Of a stretch of 51,505 nucleotides of DNA, positions 9,048-17,246 are shown in pieces. The stretch covers positions 1-51,505 of the forward strand of contig JAISAP010000047.1 of the NCBI GenBank assembly GCA_031266655.1, given 5' to 3'. The position numbers and the translations under genes are program-made. The notes beneath the pieces are model-generated. The model did not search any database, was not told the DNA's origin, and was given only the letters and a program-made list of their open reading frames with translations. The DNA comes from Holosporales bacterium (lineage in GTDB: Bacteria > Pseudomonadota > Alphaproteobacteria > UBA3830 > JAIRMZ01). Every line of letters begins with the position of its first letter. Within the stretch, counting starts at the first letter, position 1.

Positions 9048-9914
9048 CTATTTCCCTTCTGACATTTCCAAAAGAGGATTTTGTTTTGCAAAAGCGTCCA
9101 GCTCTTGCAATCTCGGGAGTAATCGCTTCAACGTCGTGAGCGACAACATATTCGGCCCATCGCAGGGGGCCTTATCCGGGTCCTCATGTGTTTCTATGAA
9201 AACGCCAGCCACCCCTACGGCAACGGCTGCACGCGCTAACGGCTCCACAAATTGCCTCTGCCCACCGCTTCGCACGCCACACCCTCCTGGCAGTTGCACT
9301 GAGTGTGTCGCATCAAAAACAACGGGGTACCCTGTTTGGGCCAAAATGACCAAGGAGCGCATATCCGAGACGAGGGTGTTGTACCCAAAACAGGTTCCAC
9401 GCTCTCCCAAAAGGAGCGCGTTGTTATGATGTTCCGTAAACTTCTGGACAACCTGTGTCATATCCCAGGGAGCCAGGAATTGTCCTTTTTTAATGAGCAC
9501 CGGCTTGCGCGTTTTCGCAGCTGCCGCAAGGAGGTCCGTTTGCCGGCAAAGATACGCGGGGGTCTGGAGCGCATCGACCTTCTCCGCAACCCGTGCGCAC
9601 TGGTGGCTCTCATGGACATCCGTCAGGACGGGACAGCCGTACGTCTGGCGAATCTCGTCGAAAATAGGAAGCGCCTGATCAAGGCCAACACCCCGCGCGC
9701 TGGCTCCACTTGTGCGATTGGCCTTGTCAAAGGAGGTTTTGAAAATGAATGGTATCTTCCACTTTTGCGTCATCTTCACTAAGTGTTCTGCGATCTTCAG
9801 CGCGTGTTCCCGACTCTCCAGGGCGCAAGGGCCCGCAATCAAGACGAAAGGAAGGTCGTTTCCCACCACGCAAGGGCCAACGGACACATGGCGCAAAGAG
9901 GAGGGCGCGGTCAT
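9048..9914 (-). CDS. kdsA: 3-deoxy-8-phosphooctulonate synthase (KDO-8-P synthase)
   Basis: FVLIAGPCALES...IPFIFKTSFDKANRTS...VLTDVHE...FDATHSVQLPGG: canonical KdsA blocks. 4-nt overlap with the pyrG stop. Confidence 0.95.
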   Translation of the reverse strand: MTAPSSLRHVSVGPCVVGNDLPFVLIAGPCALESREHALKIAEHLVKMTQKWKIPFIFKTSFDKANRTSGASARGVGLDQALPIFDEIRQTYGCPVLTDVHESHQCARVAEKVDALQTPAYLCRQTDLLAAAAKTRKPVLIKKGQFLAPWDMTQVVQKFTEHHNNALLLGERGTCFGYNTLVSDMRSLVILAQTGYPVVFDATHSVQLPGGCGVRSGGQRQFVEPLARAAVAVGVAGVFIETHEDPDKAPCDGPNMLSLTTLKRLLPRLQELDAFAKQNPLLEMSEGK

Positions 9915-11548
9915 TGTGCTCCCTTCTTCTTGCGAAGAGCAGCTTGTACGAGATGCACAAAGAGCGGATGCGGAGCAAAAGGACGCGATTTAAACTCCGG
10001 ATGGTATTGAACCGCGAGAAACCAGGGATGATCGGTGTATTCCACCGCTTCCGGGAGATCTCCATCAGGGGACCAACCGGAAAAGCACAACCCTACCTTT
10101 TCCAGGCGCTCCAGGTACGTGCTGTTGACCTCGTACCGGTGCCGATGTCTCTCGGAAATCTCCTTCTTCCCGTCGTAGACACCCGCAAGTTTGCTGTTCG
10201 GCCGAACGACGCAGGGGTAGGCGCCCAACCGCATGGTCCCCCCCAGATTCCCGCAGGCCGTACGCCTCTGCAGCTGCTCCCCTTGCATCCACTCGGTCAT
10301 AAGAGCGATCACCGGCTCGGGTGTCTCTCCGAACTCTGTGGAAGACGCATCGGGAAGTCCTAGTAAATGGCGCGCCGCTTCAATAATGGCAAGCTGCATC
10401 CCCAGACAAATGCCAAGGAAAGGAATTTTATTTTCCCGTGCGTACTGAATGGCCCTGAGTTTCCCTGGAATCCCTCGAGATCCGAATCCGCCGGGGACGA
10501 TCATGGCATGGACCTCTGGAAGGGCAGCCTGTACGCAGGCTTCGTCTTCCGTCTCCACCCACTGTACTTCTACCTTGGTCCCCTGCGCTCCCCCCGCATG
10601 CACAATAGCCTCTTGCAGGGATTTATAAGCCTCTAAAAAGTGCGCATATTTCCCGAAGACACCAAGACGCACCGTGTTCCTGGAGCTCTGGAATCTGGTG
10701 ACAAGCTCTTCCCACTTTTTCAAATCCACCTTCTGACAGGAAAGAGAAAAATATCGACAAAGCGCTCCATCCAAGTCGCTTTTGTGAAAATTCAGAGGAA
10801 TTTGGTAGATCCAATTCTCGTCAGGGGCATCTACGATATGAGGCTCCGGAATATTGCAGAAAAGAGAGAGCTTTTTGCGCGTCTCTCCCTCAAACCCATG
10901 AGAACTGCGACAGATGAGAAATTCCGGCTGAATTCCGGTCCTCAGGAGCTCCCGAACAGAGTGCTGGCTGGGCTTAGTCTTGAGCTCATTGGCCGAAGCG
11001 ATGTAGGGAAGGAGCGTTAGGTGAACATTGACGGAGCGTTGTGGTCCGAGGTCGTTGCGCAGCTGGCGAATGGCTTCCAAAAAGGGCAAGCTTTCTATGT
11101 CTCCAACCGTGCCTCCAACCTCGCATATGACAAAATCCACGCCCTCCACGGCAGATAGGACGCAGCGCTTGATCTCATCCGTGATGTGCGGCACTACCTG
11201 AATGTCGGAGCCGAGGTAGTCCCCCTTGCGCTCTCGGGCAATCACGGAGGAATAGACTTTTCCTGTTGTCAGGAGGTCAATAGCGCGCGTCGGAATGCCG
11301 GTAAAACGCTCGTAATGCCCCATATCCAGGTCGGTTTCCCCGCCATCGTCTGTGACGTAGACCTCTCCATGTTTGTAGGGATTAATCGTGCCCGGATCGA
11401 CGTTGATATAGGGCTCCAGCTTTTTGAGGCGTGCCGAGAAGCCCCGCGCTAGCAGCAGGGCTCCAATTGAGGCAGCTGCGATCCCCTTGCCGACAGAAGA
11501 AACGACTCCACCCGTAACAAAGACAAAACGCGGCCCTACTACCGTCAT
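9911..11548 (-). CDS. pyrG: CTP synthase
   Basis: N-terminal FVFVTGGVVSSVGKGI, and a C-terminal glutamine amidotransferase domain with GICLGMQ and HRHRYEVN. Confidence 0.97.
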   Translation of the reverse strand: MTVVGPRFVFVTGGVVSSVGKGIAAASIGALLLARGFSARLKKLEPYINVDPGTINPYKHGEVYVTDDGGETDLDMGHYERFTGIPTRAIDLLTTGKVYSSVIARERKGDYLGSDIQVVPHITDEIKRCVLSAVEGVDFVICEVGGTVGDIESLPFLEAIRQLRNDLGPQRSVNVHLTLLPYIASANELKTKPSQHSVRELLRTGIQPEFLICRSSHGFEGETRKKLSLFCNIPEPHIVDAPDENWIYQIPLNFHKSDLDGALCRYFSLSCQKVDLKKWEELVTRFQSSRNTVRLGVFGKYAHFLEAYKSLQEAIVHAGGAQGTKVEVQWVETEDEACVQAALPEVHAMIVPGGFGSRGIPGKLRAIQYARENKIPFLGICLGMQLAIIEAARHLLGLPDASSTEFGETPEPVIALMTEWMQGEQLQRRTACGNLGGTMRLGAYPCVVRPNSKLAGVYDGKKEISERHRHRYEVNSTYLERLEKVGLCFSGWSPDGDLPEAVEYTDHPWFLAVQYHPEFKSRPFAPHPLFVHLVQAALRKKKGAQ

Positions 11549-11886
11549 TTTTTCGCTTTAGCAGGTTCTGGAGTGGATGGTTCCGAAGTAAGACATCCTT
11601 GCAGAGGCGCCGAATCCTGTCTTTGTGCCGCTTCGTCGATCAGGGATTTCTTGGTGTCTACGTGATGATGATGGACATAAGCGGCCATGATCAAGCAATT
11701 CGCCACAAAGATAGCAGCAAGAATCGCCGTGACGCGTGTCAGCAAATTGGCTTGACCGCGTGGAGTCAGGACGCCCCCGCCTCCTCCTCCCATGCCCCAA
11801 GCGCCCCCTTCGCTTTTCTGGAGGAGGATGCTCGTAACCAGCATAATCGTAATGACAAAGTGCAACGACAAAAGAAACGTCAGCAT
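11545..11886 (-). CDS. secG: Preprotein translocase subunit SecG
   Basis: 113 aa, two TM segments, LLQKSEGGAWGMGGGGGG motif. 4-nt overlap with the pyrG start. Confidence 0.9.
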   Translation of the reverse strand: MLTFLLSLHFVITIMLVTSILLQKSEGGAWGMGGGGGGVLTPRGQANLLTRVTAILAAIFVANCLIMAAYVHHHHVDTKKSLIDEAAQRQDSAPLQGCLTSEPSTPEPAKAKK

Positions 11887-12181
11887 GCTTTCTTCCTCTG
11901 TTCCTATTCGGGGCAGTGTACCCAGACACTCCAGAACTTACAATTACCGTTCTTGCGCGGGGCTAGCACCGCGACTTTACACGCGCAGATGTTTCTTCTA
12001 TTGTAAGGGTGGTTTTTTGCGCGCATGGGGCGCGTGAGAAGAGTATTCAAGAGGCGGACAGGATGATGTTTTATTCCTTCGCGACTTTGCTCCTATCGGG
12101 TGCAGTGGCGTGCCTGTTTGCGCCTATTTTTAAGGAAGAGGAGAAAGAGCCTCTCTTGCCTCTTCCCGGAAAGGAGTTTCT

Positions 12182-14494
12182 ATGGTGCGGCGCATGCTTA
12201 TTGATGCCGCTTACCCTGAGGAGACGCGGGTAGCGGTCGTTGAGGACAACAAGTTAGAAGAGTTTGATCTCGAAAGTGCTTCGAAGATTCCCCTCAAGGG
12301 GAACGTTTTTTTGGCAAAGGTGGCGCGCGTAGAGCCCTCCTTGCAGGCTGCTTTTGTCGATTTCGGACATGAGCGTCACGGCTTCTTGAGCCTACACGAG
12401 ATCCATCATGACTATTATCAGCTGCCGGTTGAGGATCGTGAAGAGTTTGAACAGTGGGTCGCCAACGCAACCCATGCTGCTCCCTCTGGGGAGGAGGAAG
12501 CGGAAGCTCCCACGGAAGGTGCTCAGAAAAACGGCATTTCTCGGTTGCGCGAGCAGTTTCTGCGCCGCTATAAAATCCAGGAGGTCATCAAGCGCCGTCA
12601 GGTCTTGCTGGTGCAGGTGGTGCGGGAGGAGCGCGGCAATAAGGGAGCCGCCCTCACCACTTATCTGTCTCTTGCGGGACGGTACGTTGTTCTCATGCCA
12701 AATTCCGATCGTAGTGGCGGAGTTTCACGGAAAATCACGAACGACCAGGATCGGAAACGCCTCAAGGATGTCATCGGATCGCTGCAGGTCCCCTCTGGCA
12801 TGGGTGTGGTGGCCCGCACAGCGGGGGTGGAGCGCAGTAAGACGGACATCAAGAGAGACTACGAGTACCTGCTTAAAACTTGGGAACAAATCCGGTCTGT
12901 GACACTCCAGTCGACAGCGCCCGTTCTGGTCCATGAGGAAGCGAACATTGTCAAACGTGCCATTCGGGACATGTACACGCGGGATATTACGGAAATCCTC
13001 GTGGAGGGAGAAGAAGGGTACAAAACCGCCAAAGATTTCATTAAGTCCTTGATCCCCAGTCATGCGCGGCGTGTGCAGCTCTTCAAAGAGAAGGACAAGC
13101 GTCTCTTCCAGGCCTACAACCTTGAAGAGCAGATTGACAGTATTTACGAGACGCGCGTCAATCTAGGATCGGGCGGGTATTTGTTCATTAACGCCACCGA
13201 GGCGCTGGTTGCGATTGACGTCAATTCCGGACGTTCCACAAGGGAGCGCAATATCGAAGAAACCGCATTGCGCACGAATCTTGAGGCCGCTACGGAGATC
13301 GCGCGACAGCTGCGTGTTCGTGATTTGGCGGGGCTGATTGTGATCGATTTCATCGATATGTCCGATCATCGCAACAATGCGGCCGTCGAACGACGCATGA
13401 AAGAGGCGACGAAAGGGGACCGAGCGCGCATCCAGATCGGAAAAATCAGTCCGTTCGGGATGATGGAACTTTCTCGACAAAGGCTTGGACGAAGTATCTT
13501 CGAAGCCAGCACCTTCCCTTGCCCTTGCTGCGAAGGGGCCGGAATCGTCCGCTCCACGGAGTCGACGGCCATTTGTGTCCTCCGTGCCATTGAGGAAAAG
13601 ATCTCCAAAAGAGAAAAGGCGAGAATTAAAATTCTGGTCGCCCCTACCGTAGCCAGCTATTTACTCAACCACAAACGCAACACGCTTTGCACTCTCGAAT
13701 CCAGTGGGAGCGTGCAAATTGCCATTGAGAGCAGTGCCGTACTCACACCGGGGAAATTTGAGTTAAAGGTAGAGCAGATCGTTTCTGATGAAGAGAAGGA
13801 AGTCGTAGGAGGTAGTAGCTCTTCTCCTAAGCCTACGGAAGGAGAGAGTAAGGCGGAAAGCAGCCATGCTCCCGACGAGGAGAATCTCCCCGCGAAAAAA
13901 CGAGGATCGAGACGACGCCGCAGAAGGTCTTCTGCCCCGCAGAGCGCTCCAGGAGAGGAGATTACGTCTCTCCCCCATCAGGAAGAGGAGATTGCAGAAG
14001 GTAGCGGCCTTTCTCCTAAGCTTGCGGAGGGAGAGGGCGGTAGCGCTCCCGACGAGGAGGGTCTCTCGACCAAAAAGCGAGGGTCGAGACGGCGTCGCAG
14101 AAAGTCTTCTACCCCGCAGAATGCTCCAGGAGAGGAGGTTGTGTCCTTCCCCCGCCAGGAAGAATCCTTCTCTGAAGAAACGCCGCTACGTATCATCAAA
14201 CCAAGGATTCTGCGTCCAGGACGCGCTAGGGTAAAGCCTGCCCCCGAAGAGAAAGTGACGACCTTGTCGCCTCCCGCGTCAGAGGCGCCCGCAGAGTCGA
14301 CCTCTGATCAAAAAGCGCAGCCTGCAAAAGGGCGGAGGTCTCCGAAAAAGGAGAAAACGCCTTCCACTCCTGCCTCACGCACCAAGAAAAAGGTTGTGGC
14401 GGCCAGTGGGGAAGAGCCTCCCTCGGAAATGCAGGAGGCAGCCGCTTCAGGAAAGGCGCGTCGCGGTGGCTGGTGGCGTCGCTTTGCGCAGTAG
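12182..14494 (+). CDS. rne: Ribonuclease E with an Arg-rich, internally duplicated C-terminal tail
   Basis: MVRRMLIDAAYPEETRVAVVEDNKLEEFDLE matches the RNase E/G N-terminus (S1 domain), followed by a catalytic core with the CPCCEG Zn-link. The C-terminal ~250 aa are low-complexity with two KKRGSRRRRR segments. A ~290 nt leader precedes the start. Confidence 0.93.
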   Translation: MVRRMLIDAAYPEETRVAVVEDNKLEEFDLESASKIPLKGNVFLAKVARVEPSLQAAFVDFGHERHGFLSLHEIHHDYYQLPVEDREEFEQWVANATHAAPSGEEEAEAPTEGAQKNGISRLREQFLRRYKIQEVIKRRQVLLVQVVREERGNKGAALTTYLSLAGRYVVLMPNSDRSGGVSRKITNDQDRKRLKDVIGSLQVPSGMGVVARTAGVERSKTDIKRDYEYLLKTWEQIRSVTLQSTAPVLVHEEANIVKRAIRDMYTRDITEILVEGEEGYKTAKDFIKSLIPSHARRVQLFKEKDKRLFQAYNLEEQIDSIYETRVNLGSGGYLFINATEALVAIDVNSGRSTRERNIEETALRTNLEAATEIARQLRVRDLAGLIVIDFIDMSDHRNNAAVERRMKEATKGDRARIQIGKISPFGMMELSRQRLGRSIFEASTFPCPCCEGAGIVRSTESTAICVLRAIEEKISKREKARIKILVAPTVASYLLNHKRNTLCTLESSGSVQIAIESSAVLTPGKFELKVEQIVSDEEKEVVGGSSSSPKPTEGESKAESSHAPDEENLPAKKRGSRRRRRRSSAPQSAPGEEITSLPHQEEEIAEGSGLSPKLAEGEGGSAPDEEGLSTKKRGSRRRRRKSSTPQNAPGEEVVSFPRQEESFSEETPLRIIKPRILRPGRARVKPAPEEKVTTLSPPASEAPAESTSDQKAQPAKGRRSPKKEKTPSTPASRTKKKVVAASGEEPPSEMQEAAASGKARRGGWWRRFAQ

Positions 14495-15836
14495 CTTCTG
14501 CCCGCGCCGTCTCCGTCTTTGGCTTCTGCCTATACTCGTTGTTTGGTCGACTGTTTTCTGTTGGGGTGGCTCCTCCATCGTCCTTCTGCGCGATACAGAA
14601 ATAGATGCCTTCTTTCACCGCATGATCGCCGAACTTGCAAAGGCGGCTGGACTCAAAGAAAAGGCCATCCGAATTTACGTGCTAGGAACCTCAGAGATCA
14701 ATGCCGCTGCCACGAGAGATGGACGCGTCTTCCTTAATTCCGGGCTGATCCTTCATTGCAAGAGCGTGGACCAAGTGCGCGGGGTTCTTGCCCATGAAGT
14801 CGGCCATATCGTGGCCCATCATGGAGTCCGTATAGACGAGCTTTCCAGGAACCTGTCTACGACCTTCTGGGCAACCGTTTTCCTGGGGACCATCGCAGGA
14901 GTCGCGGGTCGTCCCGATATCGGCATAGGTACCGTAATGGGGGGGCAATCCATGATGGCCCACGCCTTTCTCAGCCACAGTCAGAAGGAGGAAGCGGCGG
15001 CGGATGTACAAGCCGTCCGCATTCTGAAAAAACTCGGGTACTCCCCGCAGGGTCTGATGGATTTCCTAGCACTGATCCAGAAACAAGAACGTTTTATGGA
15101 AGGGGACCTTCCCGCCTATTGGCGGACCCATCCAGGAACGAAAGAGCGGATGGAGAGGTTACGAGAACAATTTTCGGAAGGCAGTCGCTCTCGCTCTTCC
15201 CAAGAAGATCAGGATTACCTTCGCATAAAAGAAAAAATCTTTGCCCTCCTGGAACCACTCGATCGCGTCCTCCGAACGACGGGTAATCGGGATACGTTCA
15301 CGCGTGCTCTTGCTTTGTACCGCCGGGGCGACCTCTCTGAGGCGCTCGCCATCCTTGAAAGGCTGATTACTCTCAAGAAAGACCCTTATCTCCTCGAGCT
15401 CAAGGCGCAGATTCTGCTGGAGCAAAAAGAAACGCGCCTATCGATTGCTGTGTACCGGGAAGCGCTGGGAATGTTCCCGCAGCCGGATCAGGCGCCCCTG
15501 ATACAGCTATCCTTGGCGCATGCCCTGCTAGAAAGTGGGGATGCTCCTTCTCTGGAAGAGGCGACAACGCTCCTCAACGGACTGGTGATAAAAGAAAACG
15601 ACAACCACCAATTATGGCACCTGCTAGCAGTGGCTTATGGCAGAAAAGGAGATGTCGGAAGAGCCGCCTTGGCGCTTGCAGAAGAGGCTTGGGCCCTGGG
15701 TCATGTGAAGCGCGCGCGACAGAAGGCTTTCCAGGCACAAAAGCAGCTGCCCAAGGGTGCGGCAGGGCACGCTCGAGCGCGGGACTTGATGAAACTCGCG
15801 GACGAGGTTCTTGCGAGAGGCAAGGGGACTCCGTAA
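14484..15836 (+). CDS. M48-family zinc metalloprotease with C-terminal TPR region (BepA/YfgC-like)
   Basis: HEVGHIVAHH (HEXXH), a downstream E, and TPR-like helices in the C-terminal half. Track ORF starts at 14394 inside rne. The in-frame TTG at 14484 gives a signal-like N-terminus (RSSFCPRRLRLWLLPILVVWSTVFC). The start is uncertain. Confidence 0.8.
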   Translation: MRSSFCPRRLRLWLLPILVVWSTVFCWGGSSIVLLRDTEIDAFFHRMIAELAKAAGLKEKAIRIYVLGTSEINAAATRDGRVFLNSGLILHCKSVDQVRGVLAHEVGHIVAHHGVRIDELSRNLSTTFWATVFLGTIAGVAGRPDIGIGTVMGGQSMMAHAFLSHSQKEEAAADVQAVRILKKLGYSPQGLMDFLALIQKQERFMEGDLPAYWRTHPGTKERMERLREQFSEGSRSRSSQEDQDYLRIKEKIFALLEPLDRVLRTTGNRDTFTRALALYRRGDLSEALAILERLITLKKDPYLLELKAQILLEQKETRLSIAVYREALGMFPQPDQAPLIQLSLAHALLESGDAPSLEEATTLLNGLVIKENDNHQLWHLLAVAYGRKGDVGRAALALAEEAWALGHVKRARQKAFQAQKQLPKGAAGHARARDLMKLADEVLARGKGTP

Positions 15837-15848
15837 CTCTTGCGTATG

Positions 15849-17246
15849 CTAAGGGGAGAGCTTTCCCTCTTTGCAGCGAGAAATGGGGATTTGTAGGAAT
15901 TTCAATTTGCGATGCAGAGCGGAGCGCTCCATGCCGACGAACTCCGCGGTTTGAGAGATGTTGCCCGAGAAACGTTGCACCTGTGCGGTCAAATAATCGC
16001 GTTCGAAGAGATTCCGGGCATCTTTCAGGGGGAGAGCAATCAGGCGCGAAGCTTGAGAGGAAGAAAGGGTCTGTTCTGCGGAAATCGAAATCTCCGGTGG
16101 AAGGAAATCGAGACCAATCTCCGCCTCTTCCGATCCGGAAGCCATGATGAGAATCCACTCCACCACATTGCGCACTTGCCGAACGTTTCCGGGCCAATGA
16201 TAGGATTGCAGGGTTGTCAGTAATTCGGCGTTCATGGCGCGCGGAGGCATGCCGAAAAACTCTTCAGAATGGTCCAAGAAGTGCTTAATGAGCGGAGCAC
16301 TATCCTCACGACGCTCCGCAATGGGGGGAATCTCTATCGGGACGATCCTCAGACGGTAATACAGATTTTGGAGCAAGTTGCTTCCTCCGGCCTGTAGCTC
16401 TTCTGGAGAAAGGGATGTGGAGCTCATGATGCGGACGTCTGTTTGCAGAAAACGCGTGCCACCCACGCGCCGAAAGGCACCTTCCTGAAACATCTGGAGG
16501 AACTTTGCCTGGATGTCCGTTGGCATATCCGTCACTTCCTCCAGGAACAGGGTTCCCCCTTCCGCCTGTTCGAGGAGCCCTTTTCGGACGCCCGTGGCGG
16601 TCTCCTCTCCAAAGAGGTCCTTCTCCAGCTGCACCGCGTCTTTCATTGAGCAGTTCACCCCAACAAACGGAGCGGTCTTTCGATGGGATTTTTCATGGAT
16701 AAGGTAGGCGACATCCTCTCCCTCTCCCCCGATGGGGCTATGGAGAAAAACGCGACTGTTCGTGGGGGCCACCTTGTCCAGGAGGCGGCGGATCGCCCCT
16801 ATGGCATGGGAGGACCCGATGAGGCAAGTGTCACGATGTTTTTTCTGGCGCAGGCAGGAGTTTTCTTCCTTCAGACGCGCCACCTCGCACCCTCTCCGAG
16901 CCACCGAGAGCAGCCGGCTGGCGACAAAAGGTTTCTCCACGAAATCGTAGGCCCCTTTGCGTACCGCTTCCAGTGCGACTTCAATGGTGCCATGACCGGA
17001 GATCATAACGACCGGAATATCTGGGAATTTCTTTTGCAGCTTTTCCAGAAGCGCCAGTCCCCCGGAAGAGTCTCCATCTAGCCACAGGTCCAGAAAGATC
17101 ATGGTAGGTTTGTGGTGTGCGACGAGATCCCATGCCTCAGCGGAGCTGCTTGCCAGCAATGCGTCATATCCCTCGTCCTCGATGAGCTCCCCTATGAGGC
17201 GCCGCACCTCCGGCTCATCGTCCACAATGAGGATATTGGGGGTCAT
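15849..17246 (-). CDS. ntrX: NtrX-type response regulator (receiver + degenerate AAA+ + Fis-type HTH)
   Basis: Receiver ILIVDDEPEVR...D. The central domain aligns to NtrC-family AAA+ but has SPIGGEGED in place of the GESGTGKE Walker A, and EETATGV in place of GAFTGA. It retains WPGNVRQ and a C-terminal HTH (ISQTAEFVGMERSALHRKL). The ATG at 17246 overlaps the ntrY stop as ATGA. Confidence 0.85.
   Translation of the reverse strand: MTPNILIVDDEPEVRRLIGELIEDEGYDALLASSSAEAWDLVAHHKPTMIFLDLWLDGDSSGGLALLEKLQKKFPDIPVVMISGHGTIEVALEAVRKGAYDFVEKPFVASRLLSVARRGCEVARLKEENSCLRQKKHRDTCLIGSSHAIGAIRRLLDKVAPTNSRVFLHSPIGGEGEDVAYLIHEKSHRKTAPFVGVNCSMKDAVQLEKDLFGEETATGVRKGLLEQAEGGTLFLEEVTDMPTDIQAKFLQMFQEGAFRRVGGTRFLQTDVRIMSSTSLSPEELQAGGSNLLQNLYYRLRIVPIEIPPIAERREDSAPLIKHFLDHSEEFFGMPPRAMNAELLTTLQSYHWPGNVRQVRNVVEWILIMASGSEEAEIGLDFLPPEISISAEQTLSSSQASRLIALPLKDARNLFERDYLTAQVQRFSGNISQTAEFVGMERSALHRKLKFLQIPISRCKEGKLSP

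Noticed and set aside
12009-12233. 74-aa ORF in the rne leader region.
   Set aside because: It overlaps the rne start, has no RBS or recognisable features, and lies in the expected long rne 5' UTR. I could not verify regulatory hairpins by eye, so no UTR structure is claimed either.
15611-15626. TGGCAC-containing strings that resemble sigma-54 -24 boxes (15611, 36515 and 41880).
   Set aside because: All lie inside coding regions, and the downstream GC dinucleotide is out of register by one or more nt relative to the GG-N10-GC rule.
15574-16197. ORFs 15574..16197 (-) and 15614..16147 (+) spanning the junction between the M48 protease gene and ntrX.
   Set aside because: They overlap two well-supported genes in other frames, are Arg/Gly/Pro-rich as is typical of GC-rich off-frame translation, and carry no motifs.
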